The notes: generated from the sequence alone by a model not told the origin. A stretch of 63,794 bases of DNA, filler included, from Stramenopiles sp. TOSAG23-3 (GCA_900128585.1; 9 parts of 9 records of this genome joined end to end with filler, not necessarily neighbours in it); one strand, 5' to 3'; shown: positions 9,681 through 22,300, counted from the first letter of the whole stretch. A program made the numbers and translations.

Positions 9681-10850
9681 TTAGCTTTCTGCCTCCATCT
9701 CTAGCAAAATTTGGTCAAACTGTTTTCGTGCTGCATGGCCTCGATACAGGGATTGCAGCAGGATGACTGCATACTCCTTTTTTTGCAGGCGCCGGTGTAT
9801 TGCTCCCCGCCAGAGTGCCTGCAGTGTTACCATTTTTCGCAGGGTAGCGTCCTCCTCGTCTTCAGAGGATTCGTCATCATCTTCGCCCGAGTCGTCGTTG
9901 ACGGATACATCATTGATCCGTGCAACTGCAATATCGGTCAACAGTACCGACATTTCAACACCTTTTGGGGATTGAAAAATGGTCTTTTCGTCTTCTTCGT
10001 GGAGTCTCAAGTAAAAACTTCTATCACTGTTTTCAAACCCCCATTGGTACAGTTCTGTAAGCTGATACTCATCTATCAGCTTCAAAGTATTGCTATTCAA
10101 TATTTTGATACCATCTGCATTTATTCCAACAACCACTTTGTCAGGAATCCCTTCAGCTGCGTTTGTCTGCGCACACGGGTACAGGGTGCACAGAAACGAA
10201 TCGCAGGTGGACGGCAAGCTTTCCAGCAAACTCAAGTACGTCATTTTTGGGCTAAACACATCGTCAATGCTAAGAATATGGTGGTATTTGTCCAATATAT
10301 CCTCTGCCCATAGTTTTGCGCTTTTGTACTGCAGTAGACCATGCGGGATCAGTTCGTGTATACCAGACTCCAAAATGCCGGTCCGCAACGGATCATTTGG
10401 GTGCCTATTTCCATACCGCTCCACAGCAACTACTGCAGCCAAACGGGCGGCATCTTCTTCATTGACTCTGTATTGCCCAGTTATAACGTAGTGCATTGAC
10501 TGAATATAGAGCAGATGAGAAACAACGGGGCACTTTGAAAGAACGGTGCGGTGCATTAACAGACGAATTTGGAAAACAATTTTGGCACTTCGATCAATAA
10601 GATCCACAATCTTTTCTTTTTTCTCCAGCATTTGGTCGCAGATACTACCGTCAGAGTAATACAAAGCGAAGTATTCAACAGGTATGTTTTCATCTTTAAT
10701 CTGCAAGCGATCGTATATTTCTTGGCAGACTTCGTCTACCTCTGTGTCATCGTTGATGAGAATAGTCTTCGAAGAGTTGTCTAGAAAGTGAATGACGACG
10801 GTTTCTTGGCCTCCGCACGCGGAGCCACTTGCGGCATGGAAAGACGTCAT
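9681..10850 (-). CDS. FERM-domain protein with C-terminal IQ motifs
   Basis: VVIHFLDNSSKTILI (F1), LLYIQSMHYVITGQY...AARLAA (F2), VVVGINADGIKIL...LYQWG (F3); LQALWRGAIHRR and LQSLYRGHAARK (IQ). First ATG at 10850; the frame is open to 11060. Confidence 0.85.
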   Translation of the reverse strand: MTSFHAASGSACGGQETVVIHFLDNSSKTILINDDTEVDEVCQEIYDRLQIKDENIPVEYFALYYSDGSICDQMLEKKEKIVDLIDRSAKIVFQIRLLMHRTVLSKCPVVSHLLYIQSMHYVITGQYRVNEEDAARLAAVVAVERYGNRHPNDPLRTGILESGIHELIPHGLLQYKSAKLWAEDILDKYHHILSIDDVFSPKMTYLSLLESLPSTCDSFLCTLYPCAQTNAAEGIPDKVVVGINADGIKILNSNTLKLIDEYQLTELYQWGFENSDRSFYLRLHEEDEKTIFQSPKGVEMSVLLTDIAVARINDVSVNDDSGEDDDESSEDEEDATLRKMVTLQALWRGAIHRRLQKKEYAVILLQSLYRGHAARKQFDQILLEMEAES

Positions 10851-12334
10851 TTGCAAGAGTGTTTGAGCGTTAGTACTACAAAGTGGGAGGGGTTCCGTTG
10901 CGATTATCTTAGGTATCGGTAAAATTTCCAAGCAGAAGGAACGCTTCAAAATGTAAAAATTGGAATTGGTAGCAGTGTCACCGATGGTCAAACAAGCTTT
11001 TTTAATATTATTTGATTCATGTTGATAACAGCTAAAGTGTCTTTTTCTTTCGTAAGCCAAGTCAATCGTCGTCTATTGCTTTACGGTGGTGGTTGTTATT
11101 TTTTTTTTTAAATCCTTCTTCTGCTGTACTTGCATGTTGATGAGGTAGTGATTGGGGTTGGATCTTTTCCCCTTCTTCAGCAGCTGCAGAGGAGGAGGGG
11201 AAGGGAGCAGTTGGCAGACAAATCGTTTCTAATATCTTCAAAACTTAAGGATATAAGTTCTAATAATGGGAATATAATAATAATCGCTTCGCAATTTTTA
11301 ATAGTTTATTTTGTATAACACGAGGTAATAAATATTAATCCCGAAAGGCCATGCCTTAATTCTTGAAGAGACGTAATAAATTCCATTCTATAAAATACGT
11401 ACATCATCTGAGAACAACAGAGAATTACCATTGGTGACTATAAATTGAACTGCGGCTTCGTACGGTAGGTAGGAACACCGTTGGTTCGTTCTTCTTCCTC
11501 TAGGCTGGTATTTACTCGGTTTCGTTTTTTTCGTTTTAAGCTAAGGGAAGGGCTAAACTACGAAGAGCTTATATTTATTTAGACTATTTATATAGGGTAT
11601 GATAATTTCATCAATACGACCTGTGGCCTGTGTAGGTAAGGTGTAATAGGAGTATAATATTATTTCAAATAATTTAAAATTTAAATGAAGAGGAGTGCTA
11701 TGAGTACTCGTAATCGCGTTCTGTCGTTCTGTCCCCCTGGACAGTCTGGTATCTGGTATCCAGGTATTTTATACCGGTATTTACATCACTGCTGTGCGTA
11801 TGTAGTCTCCATTTTATTATTAGTTTACAAGCTACAGTATACGTATTATTACGGTGTGGTCTCCCATCATCTCACGTATGTTATACGAATAGTCTTTTTT
11901 TTTACTCCTTTTTGGATCCAATTACTAGAAGAAGTTAGCCAGCCCTCTAATTTTAGCTATAATGTACTGCTGTGTCCTCCAGATAAAAAAATTTTACCGT
12001 TGTTGTTGTTGTTTATTTCTCTTATAATAATATAATATGATAGATGATGATGTTTGTATATTATTTTATATTATTTTTTATTAATAATTGCGGCTAGATA
12101 TAATGATAATAATTATTCATATTCCCATATGCTCCACAAAGAAGAAAGAAATTGCATGTAACATATATAAAATATATATATATTTTGCACTCCAGAAGCA
12201 AGAAGCAGATGGATATACCCCCTATCATATTCCACATAGAGTGGCAAACAAACTGTGGTGTGTGTTTCAAGACGCAGCAGATTTTTGTTAAATGAAAAAA
12301 ATTCATAAATAAAAATAATTCAACTAAAGTTACT

Positions 12335-14390
12335 ATGGTACAATTTGAGGAAGCGCTGGTGACTGCATCTCGTCCGTCGGGTATTACCCACAGCTATGAA
12401 AATGTGATTTCTGGTGGTTTGATTATTTTCTTTCTGGGGGGGTTGTCTCTATTAGCTTCTGGTGGAATGTGGTGTTTGGGGATGGGTTACGCCTTCCTCG
12501 GAAGGGAAAATAATAAGAACGGTGGCATACCTGCAGGCGTTGCTTCTAATGCAATGCGTCAATGCCATGTATTCTTGTTGTTTCTACTCTGTTTATTTTC
12601 AACCACACAGCTTGGAGGTTATGGTCCAGAGCTGGATACGTTTTACTACTTTATCCCAGTAACATTTTTTTTCGGCATAATCTCCGTTGTGCTGGGAGCG
12701 TTAAACAATGACCCCCCGCCTGCCGCCAAAGTGGCCATGTATTTGACCGGTGTGGCTTCCACGATAATGTTCCTCGGCTTCTATATCAACGCGTTCACGT
12801 ATAACACACTCAGTCGTCAGTATGTTGGTTTGGATGAGGTAGGGATGTTTACCAGCCCCAACTATGCGTTCCATATTCCTGCAGGATACGGCACTAATGC
12901 TATAGCGGGCTATGGAGTTCCAACATTGAGCAAGGTGACGGTATACAGCTATTACAAAATGCTTGATCAGGATGGTTCAACGAATGGCAAAAAAATTAAT
13001 TCCAAAATGCACGAGAACACAATTGCGTACGACAATGATTTAGGGCTGTCCGAAACTTCCACAATAAGCTGGCTTGCTGCGGTGCCTGGAAATAGTAATA
13101 ACAAATGGTTGTTCTTGAAGACGACAGATGTGAGCACCATCAAGGCGTACGTATTCGTATACTGGGATATTGCTAGTAATAGTAGAGCGAACCCTTTCAT
13201 AATCACCTTCTCCGGGGCCGACGAATTGTTTCCAAAAACGTTCGTTTCATCAGACAATGGTTACGGTTATGTGCTCGGGAAAGTGGATTCGTCTGTCTCA
13301 GTTTACAAGATTGACATTCACGGCACGAAAACGAGTGGGCTGATTCACAAAGTGAACAGTACGAACGACAGAAATGTTACTGTAACATCGGTTGGGACCC
13401 TTCCCGAAGCCAATTACAAAATCCCAAACGTGTGCGGCGATACAAAGCCCGTTCCCAAAACCGTTATCCACGAACAGTTCATTGTTGCATACTTGCCTTG
13501 CAGCACCGAGACAGAAAGCGCTGTAGGAGTGTACGATATTGTTCAAGAAGCATGGCAGTCTGAACTATCCACAGTACTCCACAATGATCTCCACTCGTGG
13601 AACGGTGTTGTGACATATGCCCCTCCCGCATTTGTTCTTATTGGAGGATCTGTGTTTCTGTTTGGAGCAAACAATCGTCCGTACCATGCACTTGGTTTTC
13701 GATTAAAAGACAAAGATTCAAGCCTGGGCTTGGAACAGTTTGTCATGTTTACATCTGGCATACCATCTGGACCAACTGCCATGCAACTTCAATCTCCGCA
13801 CGTAGTGTCAGCTGCTAATGGAAGCGCCGGCAGTTTAACCCTCTTTGGGGGTTTCAATGTAAAAGATGGAGTGTATTCGAACTATGCATCGACCATTGAT
13901 CTATGCAAAGCTCCGAGCGACCACTTGATGTTTTTTTGTCGAAAAAAAACATTGCAAAAAATTAGAGAAGAATCAAGTCCCCCAGATCTCGTTCAGGGGG
14001 GACCACACGTATTTTACTGGCCAAGCCAAAGTAGTCGGTAAAATTGGGAGCAAAACTTGCAGTGATGAGTCGAAAGTGAAAACGGATAAAACATGTGGCG
14101 GTATAAGTAGCGGCGGTAGTGCATCTGAGAATGAGTACTCTATTTATATAGGGGGTGTTCTTTACGGGATCATAACGCACACGTCTGTTTTCGTTGGCAT
14201 GTTGTACTGCAACGTGCTGCTGCTCCCCTTTATATTTGACTCATGCACGGCGACATTTTGTGCTGGTCTCGCTTGTCTTTCTAAGATGCTCACACACACA
14301 TTTTGTGTTGGTCTCGCTTGTCTTTTTAAGATGCTAGCGTGTGTGATCAGTACCCAAAAACTCAAGTTAGGGTTCTCCAAGCCCTTTTAA
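12335..14390 (+). CDS. Membrane protein with about 4 N-terminal TMs and a large beta-rich domain; probably frameshifted at a T7 run (13931-13937), with a hydrophobic C-terminus in the shifted frame
   Basis: ORF 12335..14041. Removing one T from ATG-TTTTTTT-GTC joins it to the open frame that contains ORF 14076..14390 (...VEKKHCKKLEKNQVPQISF...YSIYIGGVLYGIITHTSVFVGMLYCNVLLLPF). Confidence 0.6.
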
Positions 14391-15449
14391 ACCTATCGGT
14401 TAGCAAAGCTTTACAGCTGTACATATGCAAGCAAGGTTTGTACAACTTGTTAGAAACAGCGTGGACTCCGACTTGCGTGGAAAGCAGAATGATAGTTGCC
14501 GGAATATTACACAATTTGAAAAACAATCCGGCAAACCGTTCCGCAATGTACCGTGCAGAGCTTCATGTGAAAGCTGTCATGGAGCAAACGAGTAAGGGCC
14601 TGCTATATGGAAACACAATGACGAATGTGTTGCGCTCGCCAACAAACGCCTTGAAGAAGAAGAAAGCGCGCCATAGGAACAAGGTGAATAAAATAAAGGA
14701 CGACTACATGCAGTGGATGGAAGAGGAAATTTCTACCCCTGCCTCAAACCTTAGCTCCGGAAAACCCGTTCGTCGGAACAGCACCCAAAGGCTCTTGCCC
14801 CAACTTAAATTGGGAGGTAATTTGAGCGGGCCGTCGTTTGACTTCGTTCCCAACTTTTCCACGGAGCAAAAAAATGAGGTTCTGCTCAATTATGAAATAG
14901 GCGAGAACGACGAGGAGCACCTTTTTGCGTTGCCTAAACTTTCTCAAAAACTTCGGAACTCCATGAAAGTTATGTATTTAAGGGGGTTGAATGAACCGGA
15001 AGAAAACATCGATACTCAAGCAGTAAATGCATTTTGGCATCGTGGACCCAAAAATGTAGAGAGCTTAAAACCTGGAGCTAGGAAGGTGTCGACAGACCGC
15101 ACAAAGGCTAGGGGTATTCATCACTGGAAGTTGCAGGCCCCTGCGTACTACTGGCGCTCCTACCGACAGGATGTGGACTCGTTCGGGGTACAAATGCACA
15201 CTACGCACCAAGTTCTTTTGGACCATGACTCGACGCCAGCCCCGCCTATAAATGATGATGGAAAGCTCCATTCGCCCTCAGCAAAGCAAACTAATTGACC
15301 GGCCGTCTGGGGAATGGGGTGCGCCTTGGACAAGGTCACTTGGTAAAAAAGTGCAAGACCTCTTTACGTTACTGATTAGCGTGTTTGATGTCGACGGGGA
15401 CGGTGTTGATGAAGCCGATTTAGAGTACCTCGAAGTAAGACGAATTTAG
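14331..15449 (+). pseudogene. Orphan 3' part of an armadillo-repeat-like gene, possibly frameshifted into an EF-hand-like tail
   Basis: ORF 14339..15298 begins QVRVLQALLNLSV...IVAGILHNLKNNPANR (ARM-like) directly after an acceptor-like ...GTCTTTTTAAG, with no ATG at the start. The overlapping frame 15252..15449 has FDVDGDGVDEADL. Confidence 0.45.
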
Positions 15450-15498
15450 AGAGTGTGTGTTTATATCATACCAAGTACGAAAAAAGTCTACTTTTTTA

Positions 15499-15588
15499 AA
15501 AACAAGAAAATTGGCTGTTATTTAAGTAATTAAATTTAGCTTCGTCGTACCCTAATCCTAAATTGGTTCTGTAATTTCGTCTCATTGA
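15499..15588 (+). repeat. Extended 3'-motif repeat, shared with the start of contig 7 (46993-47066)
   Basis: CTGTTATTTAAGTAATTAAATTTAGCTTCGTCGTACCCTAATCCTAA(A/C)TTG(G/A)TTCTGTAATTTCGTCTCATTGA at both sites, with two mismatches. Confidence 0.92.
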
Positions 15589-15688
15589 NNNNNNNNNNNN
15601 NNNNNNNNNNNNNNNNNNNNNNNNNNNNNNNNTTAATTAATTAANNNNNNNNNNNNNNNNNNNNNNNNNNNNNNNNNNNNNNNNNNNN

Positions 15689-16988
15689 CAGTCTCCGGGC
15701 CAAAACCAACCGTCAGCGATCGGAGACGGCCATGTCCGCGAGGCAGCCCCATGGTGGCAATGCAGCGGCCTAGGCGAGCAAAACTGTTGTCCCACCGACG
15801 TTGCAAGTGTATCTCGAGGGTGAGCGATTGGAGCGCAGAGAGCGGGGGCTCATCCCCGGCCTCCTCTGCCATTTCGATCGCGGCCTTCGGCCAGCCACGC
15901 ACACAACCGAAACCGCCCCCCGGGCCTGCTTCACGTGTGTCAGAGAGTAGTAAGGGCAGCGCCAGACGCTCCAAGCGTGGCACCTGCAACATGAGCTCCC
16001 AGGCCTTGTCCGCACTTGGCGGCCGCTGCGATGCGGCGAGGTCGGTGCCGTCAATGAAATCGAGCTCCCGCATGTTTTCTCGTACGCTCCAGTCACTCTC
16101 GACGTCATCGTGAGCCTGAGGCCCCGCCAGCGCTGACATCATGCACGCGTGCCCTTGCCCCGCTGATGACGAACTGGGACCGCCTGCCACGCCCGATCGT
16201 TCCACGTCGAGCAGTCCAATCCGCAAGCCCGTCAGCCTGTGCGCCATAGCACCAATTAGCCCCGTGATCTTGTTCGACTGCGCCGCGGGGACGCCGCGCA
16301 GGTCTATGTGCTCGAGGGCTCCACAGCACGCACTGAGGAAGTCCGAGAGTTGGGGAGCCTGCACACTCGCACAGCAGCGTAGGTCGACAAATCGCAGGGA
16401 ATCCCCAAAAATAACAAGGGCGTCGCCCGTGAGCCGGTGGCAGTGCGCCAGCGCTAAGAACTCCACGTGCTTGCAGCGACTGGCCAAGTCGCACAGACCA
16501 GGAGTGCCGACGCCGCGGCAGTGCGACAGGTCGAGGTGCACGAGCCCAGGGCAGAACTTGCCGACAGCGGCGAGGATCTCATTGACCCCGTGGCCCAGAT
16601 GTCCACATCCGTTGAGGTCGAGGTAGAGGAGCTGCGGGCAAAACGCTAGCCCGCCGGCTAGCGCGTGGGGTGAGAACACATTCAGGGTAGACACTCGCCC
16701 CCATGCGACATCGGGTAAGAGAGCCGCGCCGTGCGGAAAGACGTGGAGGTCGAGGCGGGTGAGCGGATAGCGGAGCAGTGCAGTAAGCGCGGCGTCGTCC
16801 ACTGCAACTCCCGAGTCGGCATCGTCGAACGCGAGCCCTAGGAGGAGTTGGAGCACCTCGTCCGGGAGTGCGTCGGCCAGAGCATCGGCGCCGCTGCGGA
16901 CGACGGCGTCGAAGAGCGCCCGGGTGCACAGGGACTGGAGCGAGTCCACCAGATGGGCTTTAGCTGCTGGCGCTACGAAGGAGGCCAT
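15689..16988 (-). CDS. Cysteine-containing LRR protein (FBXL/AMN1-like), 3' end cut by the contig end
   Basis: LQSLCTRAL N-terminal box; repeats CPQLLYLDLNGC, CPGLVHLDLSHC, CKHVEFLALAHC and LRFVDLRCC. Confidence 0.8.
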
Positions 16989-18294
16989 GAACCTATTCGA
17001 GACTACAGCAGCACTTTAACTAACTTGGTATGATATCATACTGACGATGACAAGAAAGGTGTATTACAGTATATGTGATGCTCCGACATCAAAAACCAGA
17101 GGGTCAGCCCGCGGAGAAAAATGCCCGAAAACCAATCTTGAAAGTCAGAGTGTTTTGTGTGAGGCAGGGCTGTATTTCGTTTTTTTTTCATTCAACAAAT
17201 TTGGGTTTTGGGTTGCTTGTTTTTTATTATTATTATTATTGTTGTTCGTCGTCTTGATTTGGAGTTGTTGTTAGTTGTTAAACACAAACCCTACAATCAC
17301 ACCAGATCTCTAATAACCTCTTACCTCTTACCTCATCCTACGAAAGAGTTGGAGTAAGGGTACACTCCGAAGAAAGAAGGATAAAAAGAATAAGGAATGT
17401 AGTAATCGCAGTTGCGGTTAAGGAAAAAGTGATGGAAAAGAGGAAGAGAAAGAAAAGAAGTAGGAAGAAGTGATACTTCAAGAAAATAAATGAATGGCTG
17501 TATGAGGTCGAATACAGAAAAAGGAGAAGAAGTGTAGAGTTGATCGTTCGAGTATAACGGACGGGAGTGACACATGTCACTGGAATCGAAAAGAATAAGA
17601 GTGCTTTAAGAGAATTACGTATGTAGTCCTTAGTCCTTTAGACTATAAACAACCTTAAGAAGAAATAGTTTTACGATCAGAACACTGTTCTCAGGTTCCT
17701 TAGTTCTAAGGTATCTTACTTCTATTTTAGTACTTAACAACAAATGGCAGTTATTAATAGATGGATATCATATGTATTTATATATAGACACAGCAAGTAA
17801 CAACATTAATTTTATGAAAAAAATAATAAAGAAGAAAAGAAAGAAGAAAAGAAAGAAGAAAAGAAAGAAGAAAAGAAAGAACTCAAAAAAAGAAAGAACT
17901 CAAAAAAAAAAGAGAAGAAAGAAATAATAATGAAAAAAAAAAAAAAAAGAAAAGAAAAAAAAGAAGAAGTAATTATAAATTCTATATATACACTCTCTAT
18001 CTACTAGATAATGTCACAATGGATGAAGAATGTAACTAAATATAGAAGAAGAAAAAAGTAAACAGTCTCGTTTGTTGCTCAATTGCCTGAAACTAAGCCA
18101 ATCCAAGATCGTTTCCGTCTTGGTTTCTTTTCTTTTCGTTTGCAAGTCTGAGGGGAGTTTTTGTGTCCGTCCGTCCGTGCCCTTTGTGTAGAACGGCCCG
18201 ACCGCGGAGAGCTTGAGCTTGAGAGTTTTGTTCTTGGTAGGTTTCTGTGCCTCTCTCTACGTGGAGAAGTTAGTGTGTGTGAGGGCGCGCAAGT

Positions 18295-18984
18295 ATGCTA
18301 CGCTCGTTCGTATCCTTCGCGCCATTGTGTGCATCGTTGCTAATTGGTATTTTTGTAGGGCTGACCGCTGCGTACCTAGTGGGTCAAAGCTTGATAGAGC
18401 TGGCGTTGTCGGAAATTTTTGCGACCGCTATTGGGTTGTTTTTGTTAATCTTGGGGGCGATTTTAATATGGAGGGTCCAACAGGAAAGGCCGGAGAACTC
18501 GCCGGGGGCGAAGGCCCAGCGGTACGTTGTCCTGGCGTTTGGGACCCTCGTGCTGATGTCTGGAACGTTCTGCTTTATCCTTGAAAAGTCGTGGATGCTA
18601 AAGCTTGGGCCGGCGGAGAAGATCCCCATGTACGTTTGCCTGGGCGTGGCCTTGTCGTTTGCGTACGTGTTTTCCATGATCGAAATAGTCAACATGTGCC
18701 ACTCCCTTCGCTACCAGCAGACGCACTCCGGCTTTGTTCCCATCATCAGCAACACACAGCAAATATGCATCAACCTTGCCGCATGCATCGGTTGCGGCTG
18801 CTACTTTGGGGTCCTTTTCTCGCTGTTGGACCTTGACAAAGAGAGCGACAGCATTGTTATACACAAAGATCGATTGTACACGTTCCCGCTGGGCATGATC
18901 GTGGGGGCGATCGTTGGGGCGGCGAACTACTTTTCGGCCGTTCAATCCGCGACTTACGATCCCCTCGACATCAATATGATTTAA
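18295..18984 (+). CDS. Multi-pass membrane protein of unknown function
   Basis: 229-aa ORF with about 6 hydrophobic segments and coding-like GC. Confidence 0.75.
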   Translation: MLRSFVSFAPLCASLLIGIFVGLTAAYLVGQSLIELALSEIFATAIGLFLLILGAILIWRVQQERPENSPGAKAQRYVVLAFGTLVLMSGTFCFILEKSWMLKLGPAEKIPMYVCLGVALSFAYVFSMIEIVNMCHSLRYQQTHSGFVPIISNTQQICINLAACIGCGCYFGVLFSLLDLDKESDSIVIHKDRLYTFPLGMIVGAIVGAANYFSAVQSATYDPLDINMI

Positions 18985-19377
18985 ATGAAAAAAACCCTCG
19001 TAATGTAGTTGGGCGAATTGCATGGTGTGCGGACAATATATCATCATAACTGGTTAACGCAGTGTCACAGTTAAATATGTTTGTGCTAAGATCGTATGAT
19101 ATTGTACATTTTTAGAGTACGCGCGGCGTAAAATATATAAAATGTTACAAAAGCTTTTCTATTTTCAAATACTAGTAATAAAATACACTTACAGCAGGTT
19201 TTACGACACTCAACCTATTAATATCGAATAATCTATTGAAATAACCTAATTTGAATCCTTCATAAATTGATAAATTTGTCGTAATTAAATCAAACTTACA
19301 TTCGTGATATTTTAATTTTAATTTTTGGGTGGTTCTCTAAAATTTATTTTATTTTGTTCATGCTTAATTCTAGGTAC

Positions 19378-22300
19378 TCAATCGTACCCGCCTCCGCCAC
19401 GTTTGACTTTTTTTGCTTTCCCCGTAGTGGTCGCATGGATCATCTGCTCCAACGTCGACCATGCGCACGCTGTGTCCGGGCTTGCCGTTGCCACCTCGCT
19501 AATCGAGAATGGGGTGAAGAGCCCGTTGCACCCGGCCGCGTCAGCATTCGTGCTTTCGTCCGAAACCAGAAAAGGCTTGTCCACGCCAGAAGTGTTGCTA
19601 TTGAGAACGGACATTTGCTCAGTCGTCAGTGTCGTGCCATCGGCCGACACCCCGTGCGTTGAGACTAGCGGCCAGAGCGCCAAGCAGGCGGCCGTAAAGT
19701 CTTGGGCGGCCTCCGCCATGCTCTTCCTAATTTTTCGACTCAGGTTTCCAATCCGCTTCTTGTTTCGCAGCAACTGCTTCAACAGGAACGGTTCGTTCAA
19801 AATTTTTGGAAACACCTGGAGTGCAGGGTTGTGGATACCGTAGACCGGAGTCGCCATGGAGGACATGGAGCTGTTTGCCGAGCCACGGCGGGAGCCGCGC
19901 CGGCTCCGCCGGCGACGGTAGTTCTCTTCGTCCGAGTCGTTGTCGTCGTCATCCTCGTCGTCCGAGCCATCCCCGCCGTCTTTCCACGCGGTGTGGGCCT
20001 CGGAAATGCTGCTCCCGATGATGTAGCGGTACACGTACAGCAAGGGAAGGACCTCTTGCGAGCATATCACGGTTGGCGGAAGGGCCGCGATGTAGTTGCG
20101 GGTGTCCGACGTCGTGGGCTCCACGGTCACCTTCATCAAAGGCTTGGCGCCGCCAGTGCCATGTTTCATAAAGTGAGTAAACCGAGAGCCCAGTCCCTTC
20201 CGCCGCTGCATGATATCCCCCGGCCGGATCTCAGCGACTTCGTCCAAACTCCCGCCCTGAACGTCCAGTGGAATCACCTTCTTCGATTTCAACTGCATCG
20301 CCTCCTTCAAGGGCAACGCGCACCAGCCGACGGCTTGGATATAGGTGGCGTCCGAAGTGTCGTGCTTCAGCACCGTGCAGACAAGCTCGAACAGGATGTA
20401 CATGTCCCTGGAGTCTGGGTTGGACGTTTGTACGACCATTTTCGCAGACCCAAGCTTGGTGGTAGAGGTGGTAAAACTCCACTCATCCTCTTTCGAGGTG
20501 GACCAGGACGCCGGGCAAATGTGTTGGTTGCCCACGAACCTGTCCTCGGACGATGCCCCGTCCATGTCGGACGGGTCGCCCCGCATCAAACAGACACGCA
20601 CGGACCGTTTCACGACCTGCTTGCGGTAGTTGTCGTCCGGCACAGGAATCCCAACGGCGTTGTTGAGCTTCAAATGGAACGTAACCGACGAGCTCGCCAC
20701 TTTCCCGGCATTCCAAGGCGTTTTCTTCCCGGTCGATTGGGCGGTGAGCACGTCCCTGGACAGCCCTTCGTCCTGTGCACCGGAGAGTGTGTAGGAAAAG
20801 CTGTGCTGCGGGTTCGAATCTAACTTTGCCAGGACACTCGGTCGGAAATTGGCGGGCATTCCGGCAAACGCCTTCAGGTACTCCCTGGGATCTTCGATGG
20901 GGCCCTTTGAAATTTTTTGGACCGCCCGCTCGGCATCCGCGGACATCACCCGGCTTTGGTTGCGCCCTCCGTTCATCTGCATGTCCTCGACGTCTTTCCA
21001 GAGCTCGTTGAATTCCTCGAACTCAATTGTGCCGCTGCCATCCAGGTCGATCTCTTTCACGAGCGCTTTGAACTCTCGTTGGGAAAGCATGATTCGCATC
21101 CGCTTCCTAATCAAGATGTCAAACTCCGACTCCTCGAGGGAGCCACTCTTGTCCGCATCGATTTCATCAAACAATTCCTGAATTTGCTCTAGAGTGGCTT
21201 TCGCCTTGTCTTTCTGCTCCCGGTGGCGCTGGCGCCCCAATTTGGACTTCATCAACTTTCGGAATGCGTTCTTGTCGATGCTACCAGTTCCACTTTGGTC
21301 CGCATCTGTTATGAGCGCATGCACCTCGTCGTCCGTCGGTGTTTGGCCCATCGCCCGAAGGGCAGCCCCGAGCTCGACGGCGTCGATCAAGCCACTCCCA
21401 TCCGTGTCGATTTCCTTGAACGCCCGTTCGTAGGCCTTGTCCTGGTGCTTCTTGAACCACTCGTCCACAGTTAAATTGTCTTCGTCGTCATCGTCTTCCT
21501 CCTCGCTCTCCTCTTCCTCTTCTTCGCTCTCATCCTCTTTAACAGGAGGCGTTGGTGCGGTCTGTTTGGCCGGCTTCGCTTTCCCCTTTGCCGGCTTCTC
21601 TTTCAGCTCATCGGCGTCGAATTCATCGACCTCCCCATCCTCGTACTTGCCCTTGTAGGTATTGTTCTTGGCGTCGAAGCTGACGATCTCAATTTCTTCT
21701 TCGTCGTCCTCCAAGAGCGCGATGACTGTCTGTCCCGCTTTGAATTTCGCATTGTGGGCCGTCTTTCCCTTCGGCTTCGCCTTCGAAGCATCTTTGGCAG
21801 CCTTCTCATCGGCCTTCTTCTTCTTTTCGGCCTTGTCTTTTTTCGCAGCGTCTTTCGCCTTCTTTGCGTCTTTCTTTGCGTCTTTCTTTGCGTCCTTCTT
21901 GGCGTCCTTCTTGGCGTCCTTCTTGGCGTCCTCTTTAACGTCCTCTTTGGCGTCCTTTGCTTTCTGGGCTTCGTCCTCTACGAAGACGAGGAAGGCCTCA
22001 AAGTCGACTTTGTCTTTCGCGTTTGATCGGAACTTGTTGCAAATGGCCGCTAGCTGGTCCTGGTCGGCGCTCTGAAACCCCGAGTCCAGGAGGCAGTCAA
22101 TAAAATCGCTATCGGCAACAAAGTTGTCTTGGTCACCGGCAATGTCCAAGATATTTTCCTCGAATTCCATCAAGTTCTCCTTGTCGCCGTTCACCCATTC
22201 TATGAGCAAAAGCAGGACAGACTCCCAATACTTGTCGTCGGTCTTCTTCCCCGAATTCTTTGTGGCCTTTCCTTTCTCCTCTTTACCGTTCGCGTCCTCT

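Noticed and set aside
15499..15588. Contig 2 end overlapping contig 7 start as a true join
   Set aside because: Two mismatches in about 75 nt and the motif is a dispersed repeat, so different copies are more likely.
17290..17760. 'Mirror DNA': intergenic cores look more natural and give protein-like text when read reversed or complemented only (MKKRKRRRKGSEKGIGVDAND here; MPSILVATKQEEGDPT at 11461)
   Set aside because: I found no long mirror copy of any real sequence and know no templated mechanism. ApT depletion alone removes mirror-frame stop codons, and purine-rich strands give K/E/R text in either direction. A BLAST/TBLASTN of the reversed sequence with significant hits would reopen this.
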